A DNA stretch of 57,223 nt from the NCBI GenBank assembly GCA_001771365.1, contig METP01000048.1:1-57223 (forward strand), given 5' to 3'. The translations under genes and the position numbers were made by a program. The notes beneath the pieces are model-generated. The model was given only the letters and a program-made list of their open reading frames with translations, was not told where the DNA came from and did no database searches. Shown here one piece after another: positions 27,539 through 37,620 of the stretch; positions within the stretch are counted from its first letter, which is position 1, and each line of letters begins with the position of its first letter. Origin of the DNA: a candidate division WOR-1 bacterium RIFCSPLOWO2_02_FULL_46_20 (lineage in GTDB: Bacteria > Margulisbacteria > WOR-1 > O2-12-FULL-45-9).

Positions 27539-29988
27539 GCAAGTTTTTAGAAGAGCTGAATAAGAGAATATTGGTGATGGATGGTGCCATGGGTACACAA
27601 CTCATGGACAGAGGTGTGAGGCCGGAGGATTGTTTTGACGCGCAGAATTTAAAGAATCCGCGATTGGTTGAATCTGTCCATAAAGCCTATATTGACGCCG
27701 GCGCCGATATTGTTGAAACCAATACTTTTGGGGCGAATCGGATTAAGTTAGTTGATTATAAATTTGATAATAAGGCTGCTGAAATAAATATTGCCGCGGC
27801 CAAGATTGCCAGAAAAGCTGCCGGATCCAATAATTTTGTCCTTGGTTCAATTGGACCATTGGGGAAAATGCTCGATCCGCTGGGTAAAATCACTTTTGAT
27901 CAAGCTTATGAAGTTTTTGCTGAACAGGCCAGGGCGTTAGCCGAGGGTGGGGTTGACGCGATCATTATTGAAACCATTTCCGACCTTCAAGAAATGCGCG
28001 CCGCGGTTATTGCCGCGAAAAATAACACCAGATTGCCTGTTATTGCCAGCTTAACCTACGATGATGGCGAGAAAACAATTTACGGCACACCGCCTGAAGC
28101 GGCAGTTGTTGTCTTTGAAGCTTTAGGCGTTGATGTGATCTCAGCCAATTGTTCGACCGGGCCAGAGGGGATGCTAAAAGTATGTAGAAAGTTGTTAGCC
28201 GTAAGCAGTAAACCGATAATGGTCATGCCGAATGCCGGGATGCCTGAACTTATTGGCAATAAAGCTGTTTATAAGATGACGCCGGAAAAGTTCGGCAAGT
28301 TTGCGATCCAGTTCGCGAAATTGGGAGTGAGGATTGTTGGCGGGTGTTGTGGCACGGGGCCGGAACATATAAAGGCAGTAAGATTAACCCTCACCCCCAA
28401 CCTCTCTTCCCGAGGGAGAGGGGTGGCACGAAGTGGCGGGGTGAGGGGGGATTTTGCCAGCAGGACGAGGGTTGTTGAGGTTGAAGAAGGAAAAGTTTTA
28501 TTGGTCGGTGAAAGGATTAATCCTACGGGGAGAAACTTGCTTAAGGCAGAGATCCTGGCTGGCAAAACCCAGATTATACGCAGAGAGGCCGATGAGCAAA
28601 CTAAGGCCGGAGCAAGTCTTTTGGATGTGAATATTTCTATCGCGGATATTTCTGAGGCGGCGGCTATGCGGGCCGCGGTTAATGTCGTCCAGTCAACTTC
28701 GAATCTGCCCTTATCGATTGATAGCCCAAGTTTAGCCGGGGTTGAGTCTGGTTTGAAAAACTTTTGCGGTAGAGCCTTGCTAAATTCAGTCAATGGTAAG
28801 AATGAAAGTTTGGAGAAGGTTATTCCATTAGCCAAAAAATATGGGGCAGCTGTTATTGGCTTGGCCCTTGATGAACGTGGTATCCCCGCCACAGTTGAGG
28901 AGAGAGTGCGGATTGCCGAACGTATTGTCCGGACAGCAGAAGCAGCCGGGATTGCCAGAGAAGATGTATATATTGATAATTTGGTAATGACCGTTGGGGT
29001 TGGGATCCACGGAGCTCTTGATATTCTAAAAGCTATTTCCATGATCAAAGAGCGGCTGGGGGCCAAGACTATTTTGGGGATCAGCAATGTTTCGCACGGT
29101 ATGCCCAATCGCTCAAAATTAAATGCCTTGTATCTTCAATTGGCCATCACTTATGGGCTGGATGCGGCGATAGTTGATCCTACCGACAAAGAAATCCAAA
29201 AGGTTATTAAGGGTTCGTTAAGGCTCGTTAAGGCTAAGAAGGCTGAAGTCAGGGAGGGATTGATAAAGAAGTTTAGGGCTGAGGTGGATAAGGCGAGGAG
29301 ATCAGGGAAGCCGGCGGAGAAGAAGGGGGAAGCTGCGCTTCAGGAGATCCGGTTAACCGGGTATCCGGATATCCGGATTGCCGTTACTGATGGCGATGTT
29401 GATTTGGTTGAGGTTCTGGTAAAGCAGGCGTTGGAGAAAAAATATCCTCCCCAAAAAATAATTGATCAGGGTTTAGTGCCTGGTATGGCAGTGGTTGGCA
29501 AGAAGTTTAATCGCAAAGAATATTTTCTGCCCCAGGTAATCGAATCAGCCGAGGCCATGAGCAAAGGTTTTGAACTATGCAAGGCCAGGATACCAAAGGA
29601 GAAGACCAGGTCAGCGGGCAAGGTTCTTTTGGCTACTGTTAAAGGGGATATCCATGATATTGGCAAGAATATTGTGAAGATGCTCTTGGAAAACCATGGT
29701 TTTGAGATTATTGACCTGGGGAAAGATGTTGATCCCGAGGAAATTGTTAGCGTTGCCAAAAAAGCCAAACCGGACGTTATTGCTTTATCCGCACTGTTGA
29801 CTACGACCATGGTTGAAATGGGTATAGTTAACGATGAGCTGAAAAAAGCCAAACTTGATATTCCCCTCTTAGTTGGTGGGGCGGTGGTAACAAAGGGCTA
29901 TGCCGACAGAATTGGCGCTTCTTACAGCCTCGATGCGGTGGGGGCGGCGATGTTAGCCAAGAAAATTATGAAATCGGTCAAAAAATAG
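27535..29988 (+). CDS. metH: Cobalamin-dependent methionine synthase (Hcy-, pterin- and B12-binding domains; no AdoMet reactivation domain)
   Basis: DGAMGT, ANCS, GGCCGT, GERINPTG, GISNVS, GDIHDIGKN, LSAL, GGA; start GTG 27535. Confidence 0.88.
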   Translation: MSKFLEELNKRILVMDGAMGTQLMDRGVRPEDCFDAQNLKNPRLVESVHKAYIDAGADIVETNTFGANRIKLVDYKFDNKAAEINIAAAKIARKAAGSNNFVLGSIGPLGKMLDPLGKITFDQAYEVFAEQARALAEGGVDAIIIETISDLQEMRAAVIAAKNNTRLPVIASLTYDDGEKTIYGTPPEAAVVVFEALGVDVISANCSTGPEGMLKVCRKLLAVSSKPIMVMPNAGMPELIGNKAVYKMTPEKFGKFAIQFAKLGVRIVGGCCGTGPEHIKAVRLTLTPNLSSRGRGVARSGGVRGDFASRTRVVEVEEGKVLLVGERINPTGRNLLKAEILAGKTQIIRREADEQTKAGASLLDVNISIADISEAAAMRAAVNVVQSTSNLPLSIDSPSLAGVESGLKNFCGRALLNSVNGKNESLEKVIPLAKKYGAAVIGLALDERGIPATVEERVRIAERIVRTAEAAGIAREDVYIDNLVMTVGVGIHGALDILKAISMIKERLGAKTILGISNVSHGMPNRSKLNALYLQLAITYGLDAAIVDPTDKEIQKVIKGSLRLVKAKKAEVREGLIKKFRAEVDKARRSGKPAEKKGEAALQEIRLTGYPDIRIAVTDGDVDLVEVLVKQALEKKYPPQKIIDQGLVPGMAVVGKKFNRKEYFLPQVIESAEAMSKGFELCKARIPKEKTRSAGKVLLATVKGDIHDIGKNIVKMLLENHGFEIIDLGKDVDPEEIVSVAKKAKPDVIALSALLTTTMVEMGIVNDELKKAKLDIPLLVGGAVVTKGYADRIGASYSLDAVGAAMLAKKIMKSVKK
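28388..28447. repeat. Palindromic REP/RPE-like element in-frame in metH
   Basis: 10-bp terminal IR CCCTCACCCC/GGGGTGAGGG with inner CCTCTC...GAGAGG hairpin; 60 bp; same ends as 8483-8589. Confidence 0.75.
29347..29378. repeat. Octamer tandem (ATCCGGNT-like x4) in-frame in metH
   Basis: ATCCGGTT AACCGGGT ATCCGGAT ATCCGGAT; first 30 nt are 28/30 identical to 55199-55228. Confidence 0.7.
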
Positions 29989-30002
29989 GGTATAATAAAT
30001 TT

Positions 30003-30944
30003 ATGTTCAGACCAGAAATAAAGGTTTTAGACTGCACCCTGCGTGATGGCGGGTTGATCAATGACCACTGCTTTGACGAAGGTTTTGTTAAGGCGGTGTT
30101 CAGGGCAACGGCGCTGGCCGGCATTGACTATGTTGAATTAGGTTATCGCGCTTCAAAAAAGTCTTTTTCTCCGGATAAATACGGCGAGTGTAAATTCTGC
30201 GATGAAGATTTTGTGCGTAAAGTTACCGACGGCGTGGACAATAAGCCAAAGATCTCTGTTATGGTTGATATCGGCCGCATTGACGAAGCGCAAATCCCGG
30301 ACAAAAAAGACAGTGTTGTTGATCTTGTCCGTGTGGCCTGCTATATCAAGGATGTTGATAAGGCGATTAAACTGGTCAACTTTTTCCATGATAAAGGTTA
30401 TGAAACCACCTGTAATATCATGGCTATTTCAACGGCGCTAATTCCGGATGTTGAAGAGGGTTTGGCTCAATTGGCCGAGAGCCCGGTAGGTACTGTATAT
30501 GTGGTTGATAGTTATGGCTCAATGTTTTCTGAGCAGATCCATTTTCTGACAAAATTATATGGTAAATATATGTGGCCCAAGAAAAAAGAAGTGGGCATGC
30601 ATGCCCATAATAACCAGCAATTGGGCTTTGCCAATACGATTGAGGCGGTTCGCATGGGAGCGAATTATCTCGACAGCACGATTTACGGCATTGGTCGTGG
30701 CGCCGGCAATTGCCCGACAGAATTGCTTTTGTCTTTTCTAAAAAATCCCAAGTTCAGGCTGGAGCCAATTCTTGAAGTGATTGAAAAAGAATTGGTTCCT
30801 TTGAGTAAACAAATAGAATGGGGCTATATTATTCCCTACATGATTACCGGAATCTTGAATCAGCATCCTCGCGCTGCTATTGCTTTGCGTGCGGGTAAAG
30901 ATAAAGATAAGTTTGCCCAATTTTACCGGGATATATTGATTTAG
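30003..30944 (+). CDS. DRE-TIM (HMGL-like) aldolase catalytic domain protein
   Basis: LDCTLRDGG, DSYGS, HAHNN, GRGAGNC. Confidence 0.85.
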   Translation: MFRPEIKVLDCTLRDGGLINDHCFDEGFVKAVFRATALAGIDYVELGYRASKKSFSPDKYGECKFCDEDFVRKVTDGVDNKPKISVMVDIGRIDEAQIPDKKDSVVDLVRVACYIKDVDKAIKLVNFFHDKGYETTCNIMAISTALIPDVEEGLAQLAESPVGTVYVVDSYGSMFSEQIHFLTKLYGKYMWPKKKEVGMHAHNNQQLGFANTIEAVRMGANYLDSTIYGIGRGAGNCPTELLLSFLKNPKFRLEPILEVIEKELVPLSKQIEWGYIIPYMITGILNQHPRAAIALRAGKDKDKFAQFYRDILI

Positions 30945-30973
30945 GATTGATCTAATACCCGGGGAGGTGTTGG

Positions 30974-32299
30974 ATGAAGCGTCTGTGTGCCGGTTTGTTG
31001 ATTGTCTTATCGGTTGTCAGCAGCTCTCACGCAGAAACTCTCACGCTGGAACAAAATGTCAATGTCGCCCTGCAGAAAAATCCTTCGGTCCTTGCTTCCC
31101 AAAAGAGAGTAAATGCTGCCAATGCCAGGTTAGGACAGGCGTTAGGGGCTTTCTTGCCGAACATCCAACTAAGCGGCAATTACGGCCAGTCTTATGCCCA
31201 GCCTTCAACTGTTCAATTTACAACGCAAACCACATTGGGTGCTGTTACCCAAACGCTTACTTTTGGCACCGATGCTACGCAAACAACTAAAGGCTGGCAA
31301 GCTTCGCTAAATCAACCTTTGTTCGTGGCGGCGCTTTTTCCCGGTTATAAAATTGCCATCAATAGCCTTAACCTGGCCAAAGAAGATTTACGGAAAACAC
31401 AACTAGAGACTGCGTTTAATACTACCCAGGCTTATTTCCAGGTTCTGGCAGCGGAGCATCTGGTGGCGCTGGCCAAAGAATCAAAACAAATGGCGGAATC
31501 ACATCTGGCGCAAGTCAGGACAATGTATGCGGCGGGCGCTGCCGCGCAAACCGATTTGCTCCGCTCTGATGTCCAGGTCGCGAATGCCGAGGTAACGCTG
31601 ACCCGGGCTACTAATCAACTGGGGCTGGTCCGAGACTCTTTTAATAATGTGCTGGGCAGGGATCTTGAAGAAGAAGTTAATCTTACTGAAGAGGGTTTTG
31701 GTAAAACAATAGATGATATCCCGGGATACAAACAGCTCTTACAATTGGCAGAGGCCAACAGGCCGGACTGGCGCCAATTTATTTTGACCAAAGAGATCAG
31801 CGAAGAAAATCTGCGTGTGGCTCAAGCCGCCCGCTTGCCCACGCTGATGTTATCTGGAAAGTCCGGTAACCAGATAGTTGAATATCCGTCTTACAGTTCT
31901 GATGTTAATTCCTGGTCAGTAACCGGAGCTGCTTCCTGGACCTTGTTTGACGGCCTGGGGATACAGAACCGTATCCGTGAAGCAGCCGCCAATCTGGAAG
32001 AGCAAAGGGCCAGTGAGGCAGAGGTAAAGAACGGCATCGCTTTGGAAGTGCGCAATGCCTGCCTTAATCTCCAGAGTTTAACCGAAGCGTTGGGCTCAAC
32101 AAAAAAAGCGGTTGAGGCCAGCCAAGAAAATTATGCAGTCGCGACCCGGCGCTACAACTCCGGGGTGGGGACCAATAGCGAGGTTCTTGACGCACAGGTA
32201 ACCTTGACACAAGCCAGGATAAATGATTTGCAAGCCCGGTTTGATCTGGAAATCGCCAGGGCTAAAATAAATAAAGTGGTTGGGAAGGGAGTGCTTTGA
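30974..32299 (+). CDS. TolC-family outer-membrane factor
   Basis: Signal peptide, LTLEQ.V..AL..NP, two-repeat OEP pattern; heads an ABC efflux operon. Confidence 0.85.
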   Translation: MKRLCAGLLIVLSVVSSSHAETLTLEQNVNVALQKNPSVLASQKRVNAANARLGQALGAFLPNIQLSGNYGQSYAQPSTVQFTTQTTLGAVTQTLTFGTDATQTTKGWQASLNQPLFVAALFPGYKIAINSLNLAKEDLRKTQLETAFNTTQAYFQVLAAEHLVALAKESKQMAESHLAQVRTMYAAGAAAQTDLLRSDVQVANAEVTLTRATNQLGLVRDSFNNVLGRDLEEEVNLTEEGFGKTIDDIPGYKQLLQLAEANRPDWRQFILTKEISEENLRVAQAARLPTLMLSGKSGNQIVEYPSYSSDVNSWSVTGAASWTLFDGLGIQNRIREAAANLEEQRASEAEVKNGIALEVRNACLNLQSLTEALGSTKKAVEASQENYAVATRRYNSGVGTNSEVLDAQVTLTQARINDLQARFDLEIARAKINKVVGKGVL

Positions 32300-33177
32300 T
32301 GATAAAAAACAGAAAATGGTTATGGGTTATTCTGGGGGTTCTGGTGGTGTTACTGGCCGGCTGGATCGGCTGGCGCTGGTATAATCGTGGCGTGGTGACA
32401 GTTAAGAGCGCGGTGGTGACGCGTGGCACAATTGAAGCCGTGGTCTCTGCCAGTGGAATAGTGGACGCGCCGGTTTATGAGTTGAGCCCAAAGATGGGCG
32501 GCAGGATCATTACCATCAATGTAAGAGAGGGGGAGCGGGTAAAAGAAGGCTCAACTTTGGCAGAATTTGACGACACTACCCGCCTGGTAGCGCCTGCTAA
32601 CGGTATAGTTGCGAAAATTAACTACGATATTGGTGAAACAGTTACGCTGGGGCAGCCGGCGATTGTTGTCGTCAACTATGGTAATGTGTGGATTGACGCG
32701 CAGATTGACGAGATTGATATTGCCAGTGTCAAGATTGGCGATAAAGTAAAAATCTCATCTGATGTTTATCCGGACAAGGTGTTTGAGGGCCGCATTTACT
32801 GGCTTGCCCCGCTGGCAGAGCTGCGCAAAGTAGGCGGCCGGGTCAAGATGGACGAAGAATCGTATGTTTTCCCCTGTAAAATCAGAATACTGGGCAAGCA
32901 TGATGAATTAAAAGTCAATATGTCGGTCAATGTTGATATCATGACCAAGCGCAATCCCAGCGCGCTGATTGTGCCGCGGGAAGCCCTGTTTAGCAAAGAG
33001 GATGCTTCCTATGTTTATACGCTGGCAAAAAGCCGCGCACGTGAAGTAAAAATAGACATTGGGATTCGTTCTTACAGCAGCATTGAAGCGGTGGTCGGGT
33101 TGACAGAAGGGGAGATTGTGGCGACAACCAATGTCGCAAAACTAAAAGACAAGAGCAGGATAAAAATTGAAAGATAA
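32296..33177 (+). CDS. MacA-like periplasmic adaptor
   Basis: N-terminal TM, GRI..INVREGE.V, APANG.V, IDEIDI..VK.G. Confidence 0.85.
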   Translation: MMIKNRKWLWVILGVLVVLLAGWIGWRWYNRGVVTVKSAVVTRGTIEAVVSASGIVDAPVYELSPKMGGRIITINVREGERVKEGSTLAEFDDTTRLVAPANGIVAKINYDIGETVTLGQPAIVVVNYGNVWIDAQIDEIDIASVKIGDKVKISSDVYPDKVFEGRIYWLAPLAELRKVGGRVKMDEESYVFPCKIRILGKHDELKVNMSVNVDIMTKRNPSALIVPREALFSKEDASYVYTLAKSRAREVKIDIGIRSYSSIEAVVGLTEGEIVATTNVAKLKDKSRIKIER

Positions 33178-33871
33178 TGTTGTTGTCCGGATAACCGAGG
33201 TTAAAAGGTTTTACCAAATGGGGATGGTGGCTGTCCATGCGTTGGGTGGAATTAACCTCAAAGTTGAAAAAAGCGAATTTGTTTCGATCATGGGGCCTTC
33301 AGGTTGCGGCAAGTCAACCCTCATGCATATTATTGGCTGTCTTGATCGTCCGACGTCCGGCCATGTTCATCTTGATGAGGTAGACATAGACAAGCTGGAT
33401 GATAATGAGCTGGCGGCAATCCGCAACAAAAAGGTTGGATTTGTGTTTCAAACTTTTAATTTGTTACCCAAGCTAAAGGCGATCGAAAACGTGGAGCTAC
33501 CGCTTATTTATGCCGGTGTTGGGCTTCCGGCCAGGCGTAAAAAAGCGACTGAGCTGCTGGAAATTGTCGGGCTTAAGGATAGAATGTATCACCGGCCTTC
33601 CGAGCTCTCCGGCGGGCAGAGCCAGCGTGTGGCGGTTGCGCGAGCGCTGGCTAATAATCCATCCATTATTTTAGCTGATGAACCTACCGGCAACCTTGAT
33701 TCAAAAAGTGGCGAAGAAATTATTCGTCTTTTCCAGGAGCTTAACAGCCGCGGGATCACCTTGATTATAGTAACGCACGACCAGGAAATTGCCAACCACG
33801 GCAAAAGGATCATCCGGCTTAAAGATGGTCTGGTAGTAGCGGACGATAGAGTAACTGCCCGCTCGCGCTAA
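33167..33871 (+). CDS. MacB/LolD-type ABC ATP-binding protein
   Basis: GPSGCGKST, LSGGQ, ILADEPTGNLD, VTHD. Confidence 0.92.
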   Translation: MKDNVVVRITEVKRFYQMGMVAVHALGGINLKVEKSEFVSIMGPSGCGKSTLMHIIGCLDRPTSGHVHLDEVDIDKLDDNELAAIRNKKVGFVFQTFNLLPKLKAIENVELPLIYAGVGLPARRKKATELLEIVGLKDRMYHRPSELSGGQSQRVAVARALANNPSIILADEPTGNLDSKSGEEIIRLFQELNSRGITLIIVTHDQEIANHGKRIIRLKDGLVVADDRVTARSR

Positions 33872-35067
33872 TGATGATAAACCTGATTGACCCGCTTAAA
33901 ATTGCTTACAATTCGATCCTGTCCAACAAGCTTCGTTCATTATTAACTACGCTTGGCGTGATTATTGGCGTGGCGGCGGTCATTACCCTCGTTTCCATGG
34001 GTGAAGGGGCTAAGAGCTATATTCTGGGTCAGATCGGCAGCTGGGGACTGGGAGCGAACAGTCTGGCCATCCATCCTGGCAAGGAGGAAGTAGCCTTGCC
34101 GGAACTGACGCTGACCTACGGCGACAATGAGGCTTTGCGGCAGAAGGTGGGCAATCTCCAATACCTGATGCCGGAGTTTGTCGGCCGCGGCCGACTGGTC
34201 TACGGCCATCGGGAATACCAGCCGGCTTACACCCTGGCTGTTTCCGCCGATTATCCGTTTGCCTACAAACAGCAGGCGGTTGTTGGACGATTTTTTAGCA
34301 GAGCCGAAGAAGAAGGGCGCCGGCACGTGGTGGTGATTGGCCGGACGGTTGTGGATAAATTATTCGGTGCCTATTCGCCTGTCGGAGAAAAGATCAAAAT
34401 CAACGGGGTTGGCTTTACCATTATCGGGATTCTCGAAGAAAAAGGGACGCTATTGTTCTATAACATGGATGACATAGTCCTGATCCCAACAACGCTGGCC
34501 GAGCAAGTGCTGGGAGTTACTAAAATTTGGGAAATATTCCTTACGGTTGAAAACGAAAAGGACGTGCCCCAGGCGATCATCGATATTAAGAAGACTTTAA
34601 TCGCCCGGCACCGGAAAGAAGATTTTCACATCCATACCCAGCAGGGCCTGATCGACATTATCAATAATATACTCAACGCGCTGACCGCCATTGTTTCGGC
34701 CATTGCCGCCATCTCACTTTTAGTCGGCGGGATCGGGATTATGAATATTATGCTGGTGGCGGTGACCGAGCGAACCAGAGAGATCGGTATACGCAAGGCG
34801 ATTGGCGCCAAGAACCGCGACATCTTTTTGCAATTTGTTTTTGAATCAATCTTGATTACTATGACAGGGGCGTTGTTTGGGATCATGATCGGCACCCTGG
34901 CGGCCTGGGGCATCATGTATTTTCTAAAAATGAGCGCGGCGATTGCCTGGGGAGCGGCCTACCTTGCCTGTTTTGTCGCCTTGTTGGTGGGCCTTTTTTT
35001 CGGAGTGTATCCGGCGATGCGGGCGGCGCGGCTTGACCCGGTCGAGGCCTTGAGGTTTGAAGTATGA
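33871..35067 (+). CDS. MacB/FtsX-type ABC permease
   Basis: LRSLLTTLGVIIG, VGGIGIMNIMLVAVTERTREIG, YPA.RAA.LDP.EAL. Confidence 0.92.
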   Translation: MMINLIDPLKIAYNSILSNKLRSLLTTLGVIIGVAAVITLVSMGEGAKSYILGQIGSWGLGANSLAIHPGKEEVALPELTLTYGDNEALRQKVGNLQYLMPEFVGRGRLVYGHREYQPAYTLAVSADYPFAYKQQAVVGRFFSRAEEEGRRHVVVIGRTVVDKLFGAYSPVGEKIKINGVGFTIIGILEEKGTLLFYNMDDIVLIPTTLAEQVLGVTKIWEIFLTVENEKDVPQAIIDIKKTLIARHRKEDFHIHTQQGLIDIINNILNALTAIVSAIAAISLLVGGIGIMNIMLVAVTERTREIGIRKAIGAKNRDIFLQFVFESILITMTGALFGIMIGTLAAWGIMYFLKMSAAIAWGAAYLACFVALLVGLFFGVYPAMRAARLDPVEALRFEV

Positions 35068-35090
35068 TCTGAATCAAAGGAGAATAAGCT

Positions 35091-35921
35091 ATGGATGAAA
35101 CACATATCGCAATATTTAGAGGTAAGGAAATTAGAAAAACAATCCACAAAAATGAATGGTGGTTTGTTGTCGCGGATGTTGTCGAGATGCTGACGGATAC
35201 GCCAAACGCCAAAGACTACATAACAAAAATGAGAAAGAGGGATGTCGAGCTCTCCCAAGGGTGGGGACAATTTGTCACCCCCCTTGAGATTAAGACAAAA
35301 GGCGGAACACAAAAGCTAAATTGTGCCAACACCGAAGGAATTTTCAGAATAATCCAATCAATCCCATCCCCTAAGGCCGAACCATTTAAACGCTGGCTGG
35401 CGAAAGTAGGTTATGAAAGGATCCAGGAGATTGAGGATCCGGAACTGGCGACCAAAAGAACCCGAGCATTGTATAAAGCGCAGGGTTACCCCGACGATTG
35501 GGTAGAAAAGCGAATACGTGGAATTGCTATTCGAGAAGAACTTACGGACGAATGGAACAAGCGAGGCCTCAGAGAAGAAAGAGAATATGCAATTTTAACC
35601 GCTGAAATCTCAAAAGCCGCCTTTGGCATGACCCCAGCCGAGTATAAAAAATTTAAGGATCTCAAACGCGAAAATTTAAAAGATCATATGAACGACCTGG
35701 AGCTGATTTTCTCTATGCTTGGCGAAGCGGCAACTACTGAGATAACAAGAGATAAAGACGCTCAAGGATTTCACGAAAACAAAGATGCGGCGCAACGAGG
35801 GGGGCGGATCGCTGGCGATGCCAGGGAAAAACTGGAGAAAGAAACCGGCCGGAGGGTCTCAACAAGAAAGAATTATCTGCCGGAGAGTAAAAGAAGGAAG
35901 GCCTTGGGCTCAAAACCATGA
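35091..35921 (+). CDS. Bro-N domain (phage antirepressor-like) DNA-binding protein
   Basis: FRGKEIRK..H..EWWF...DV, IIQSIPSPKAEPFKRWLA.VG.ERI.E. Confidence 0.8.
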   Translation: MDETHIAIFRGKEIRKTIHKNEWWFVVADVVEMLTDTPNAKDYITKMRKRDVELSQGWGQFVTPLEIKTKGGTQKLNCANTEGIFRIIQSIPSPKAEPFKRWLAKVGYERIQEIEDPELATKRTRALYKAQGYPDDWVEKRIRGIAIREELTDEWNKRGLREEREYAILTAEISKAAFGMTPAEYKKFKDLKRENLKDHMNDLELIFSMLGEAATTEITRDKDAQGFHENKDAAQRGGRIAGDAREKLEKETGRRVSTRKNYLPESKRRKALGSKP

Positions 35922-37111
35922 TTTACTCCCTCTGGGAAGAAATGAAGCAGGCCTGGCGGGCCTTAATGTCGAATAAGGTAAGAAGCGCGCTGACCATGCT
36001 TGGTGTTATTATCGGTATTTTTTCCGTTATCACACTGGTGACGATCGGCGAGGGAGCCAAGGCTTACGTAACCGAACAGATCCAGAGCCTGGGCGCTGGC
36101 TATGACTCTTTTGTCATGGTGGCGGGCAAAGACCACAGTGTCCCGCCGACGCCCAAGTTTGTTTATGCTGATATTGCTTACATGGAGTTAAAGGTTCCCG
36201 AAATCCGTGATATTGTTGGACTCAATCCGGGTGGTGGCGAAGTCACTTATGGCAAAAAAACGATTAAGCCATCGCTGGTTGGCGGGGTAACGGCAAACTA
36301 CCTTGACCTTATGGGAGGGAAGGTGATAGAGGGGCGCTTTTTTACCGCAGCGGAGGTCGATAGCCGAAAAAAAGTTATGGTGATTGGTCCGACCATTGCC
36401 AAAGAATTTTTCGGGACGGGTCTGGCCGTGGGTGAGAAAATAAAATTGAGGGGTGACAGCTACCAGATTATCGGAGTAATGGAAGCGCGGGGGAGCGTTG
36501 GTCCGATGGATCTTGATAAGCGTGTGGTTGTCCCGATCACTATTTCCCAGAACATGCTGGGAACCGACAAGATTATGCGCTTTAACATTTTTCCGAAAGA
36601 CATCAGTAAGATCACGGAGGTACAAGAAAAAGTCAGGCAGGTGATGATGCGCCGAATTAGAAGCGATGATTTTAGCTTTATGACCCAACAGGGAATTTTG
36701 AGCATCGTCAACAATATTCTGGCGGCGTTAACTGGTTTTGTTTCTGGTATTGCCGCGATTTCCCTCCTGGTTGGCGGGATCGGGATCATGAATATCATGC
36801 TGGTGGCGGTTAACGAAAGAATCAGAGAAATTGGCGTACGTAAAGCGATCGGTGCCAAAAAGCGTGATATCGTACTGCAGTTTATGGTTGAAGCGATGAT
36901 GATCAGCCTGTTAGGCGGAATTATCGGGATTATTGTCGGCATCTTTGGGGCTTTTTTGATCATCTGGTTTATAAAAGGCAGTTTTGTTGTTGCCTGGTGG
37001 GCCGTGATTATGGCGACGGTAGTTTCGGCCTCCGTAGGTATTTTTTTCGGTGTGTACCCGGCCTTTCGTGCGGCTGAGCTTGATCCGGTAGTGGCCTTAC
37101 GGTACGAGTAG
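35918..37111 (+). CDS. MacB/FtsX-type ABC permease (paralog)
   Basis: RSALTMLGVIIG, VGGIGIMNIMLVAVNER.REIG, LDPVVALRYE. Confidence 0.92.
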   Translation: MIYSLWEEMKQAWRALMSNKVRSALTMLGVIIGIFSVITLVTIGEGAKAYVTEQIQSLGAGYDSFVMVAGKDHSVPPTPKFVYADIAYMELKVPEIRDIVGLNPGGGEVTYGKKTIKPSLVGGVTANYLDLMGGKVIEGRFFTAAEVDSRKKVMVIGPTIAKEFFGTGLAVGEKIKLRGDSYQIIGVMEARGSVGPMDLDKRVVVPITISQNMLGTDKIMRFNIFPKDISKITEVQEKVRQVMMRRIRSDDFSFMTQQGILSIVNNILAALTGFVSGIAAISLLVGGIGIMNIMLVAVNERIREIGVRKAIGAKKRDIVLQFMVEAMMISLLGGIIGIIVGIFGAFLIIWFIKGSFVVAWWAVIMATVVSASVGIFFGVYPAFRAAELDPVVALRYE

Positions 37112-37597
37112 TTTTTTGATGTCTTTGGTGATGGCTTCTGCTACGTTTTGGTCAAAATCCACATAGAGGTTATTTATATTGCCTGCCTGGTCAAGCACAA
37201 AAAGGGTAGGGATTATGAGAATCCTGAAATCCTTTATTGTTTTGAGCTTTTTGTCGTGCAAAAGAGCAAAGGTGATCCCGTTTTCATTGATAAATGAGGC
37301 TAGATTTTCGAGCTTTCTGTCAAAAGAAATTCCGACAATTTCCAGGCCATCATTGTTGTATTCTTTATAAAGGTCTTTTAAGAATAAAACCTCATTTTGG
37401 CAGGACCTACTCCAACTGGTGAAAAAATATAGAACAGTGGCATTTTTACCCAGAACTTTATCAGAACTGACAATCTTCCCGTTAAGCGCGGGTAGTTCAA
37501 ACACGGGAACCGGCTCGCCAATTTCAAAACTCAATTTAGCCAGCACCGGAAAAGCCAACAACACAACAATAAGAATAACGATCGCTTTTCTAAGCAT
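37097..37597 (-). CDS. TlpA/redoxin-family protein, SxxC variant
   Basis: GEPVPVFEL, FFTSWSRSC, VGISFD, IPTLFVLD; start set to ATG 37597. Confidence 0.75.
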   Translation of the reverse strand: MLRKAIVILIVVLLAFPVLAKLSFEIGEPVPVFELPALNGKIVSSDKVLGKNATVLYFFTSWSRSCQNEVLFLKDLYKEYNNDGLEIVGISFDRKLENLASFINENGITFALLHDKKLKTIKDFRILIIPTLFVLDQAGNINNLYVDFDQNVAEAITKDIKKLLVP

Positions 37598-37620
37598 TTT
37601 TTTAAGTATACTCTCCCAAC

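Noticed and set aside
28269-29108. Long antisense ORF (279 aa) and similar shadow ORFs (e.g. 3670-4287, 36460-36963)
   Set aside because: They lie opposite well-supported genes and have no motifs or start signals
27535-29988. MetH lacking its reactivation domain as a pseudogene or novelty
   Set aside because: Split MetH with a separate reactivation protein is established (e.g. Thermotoga); the ORF is intact
37390-37420. Possible selenocysteine at the redoxin active site
   Set aside because: The codon is AGT (Ser) and the frame has no in-frame TGA
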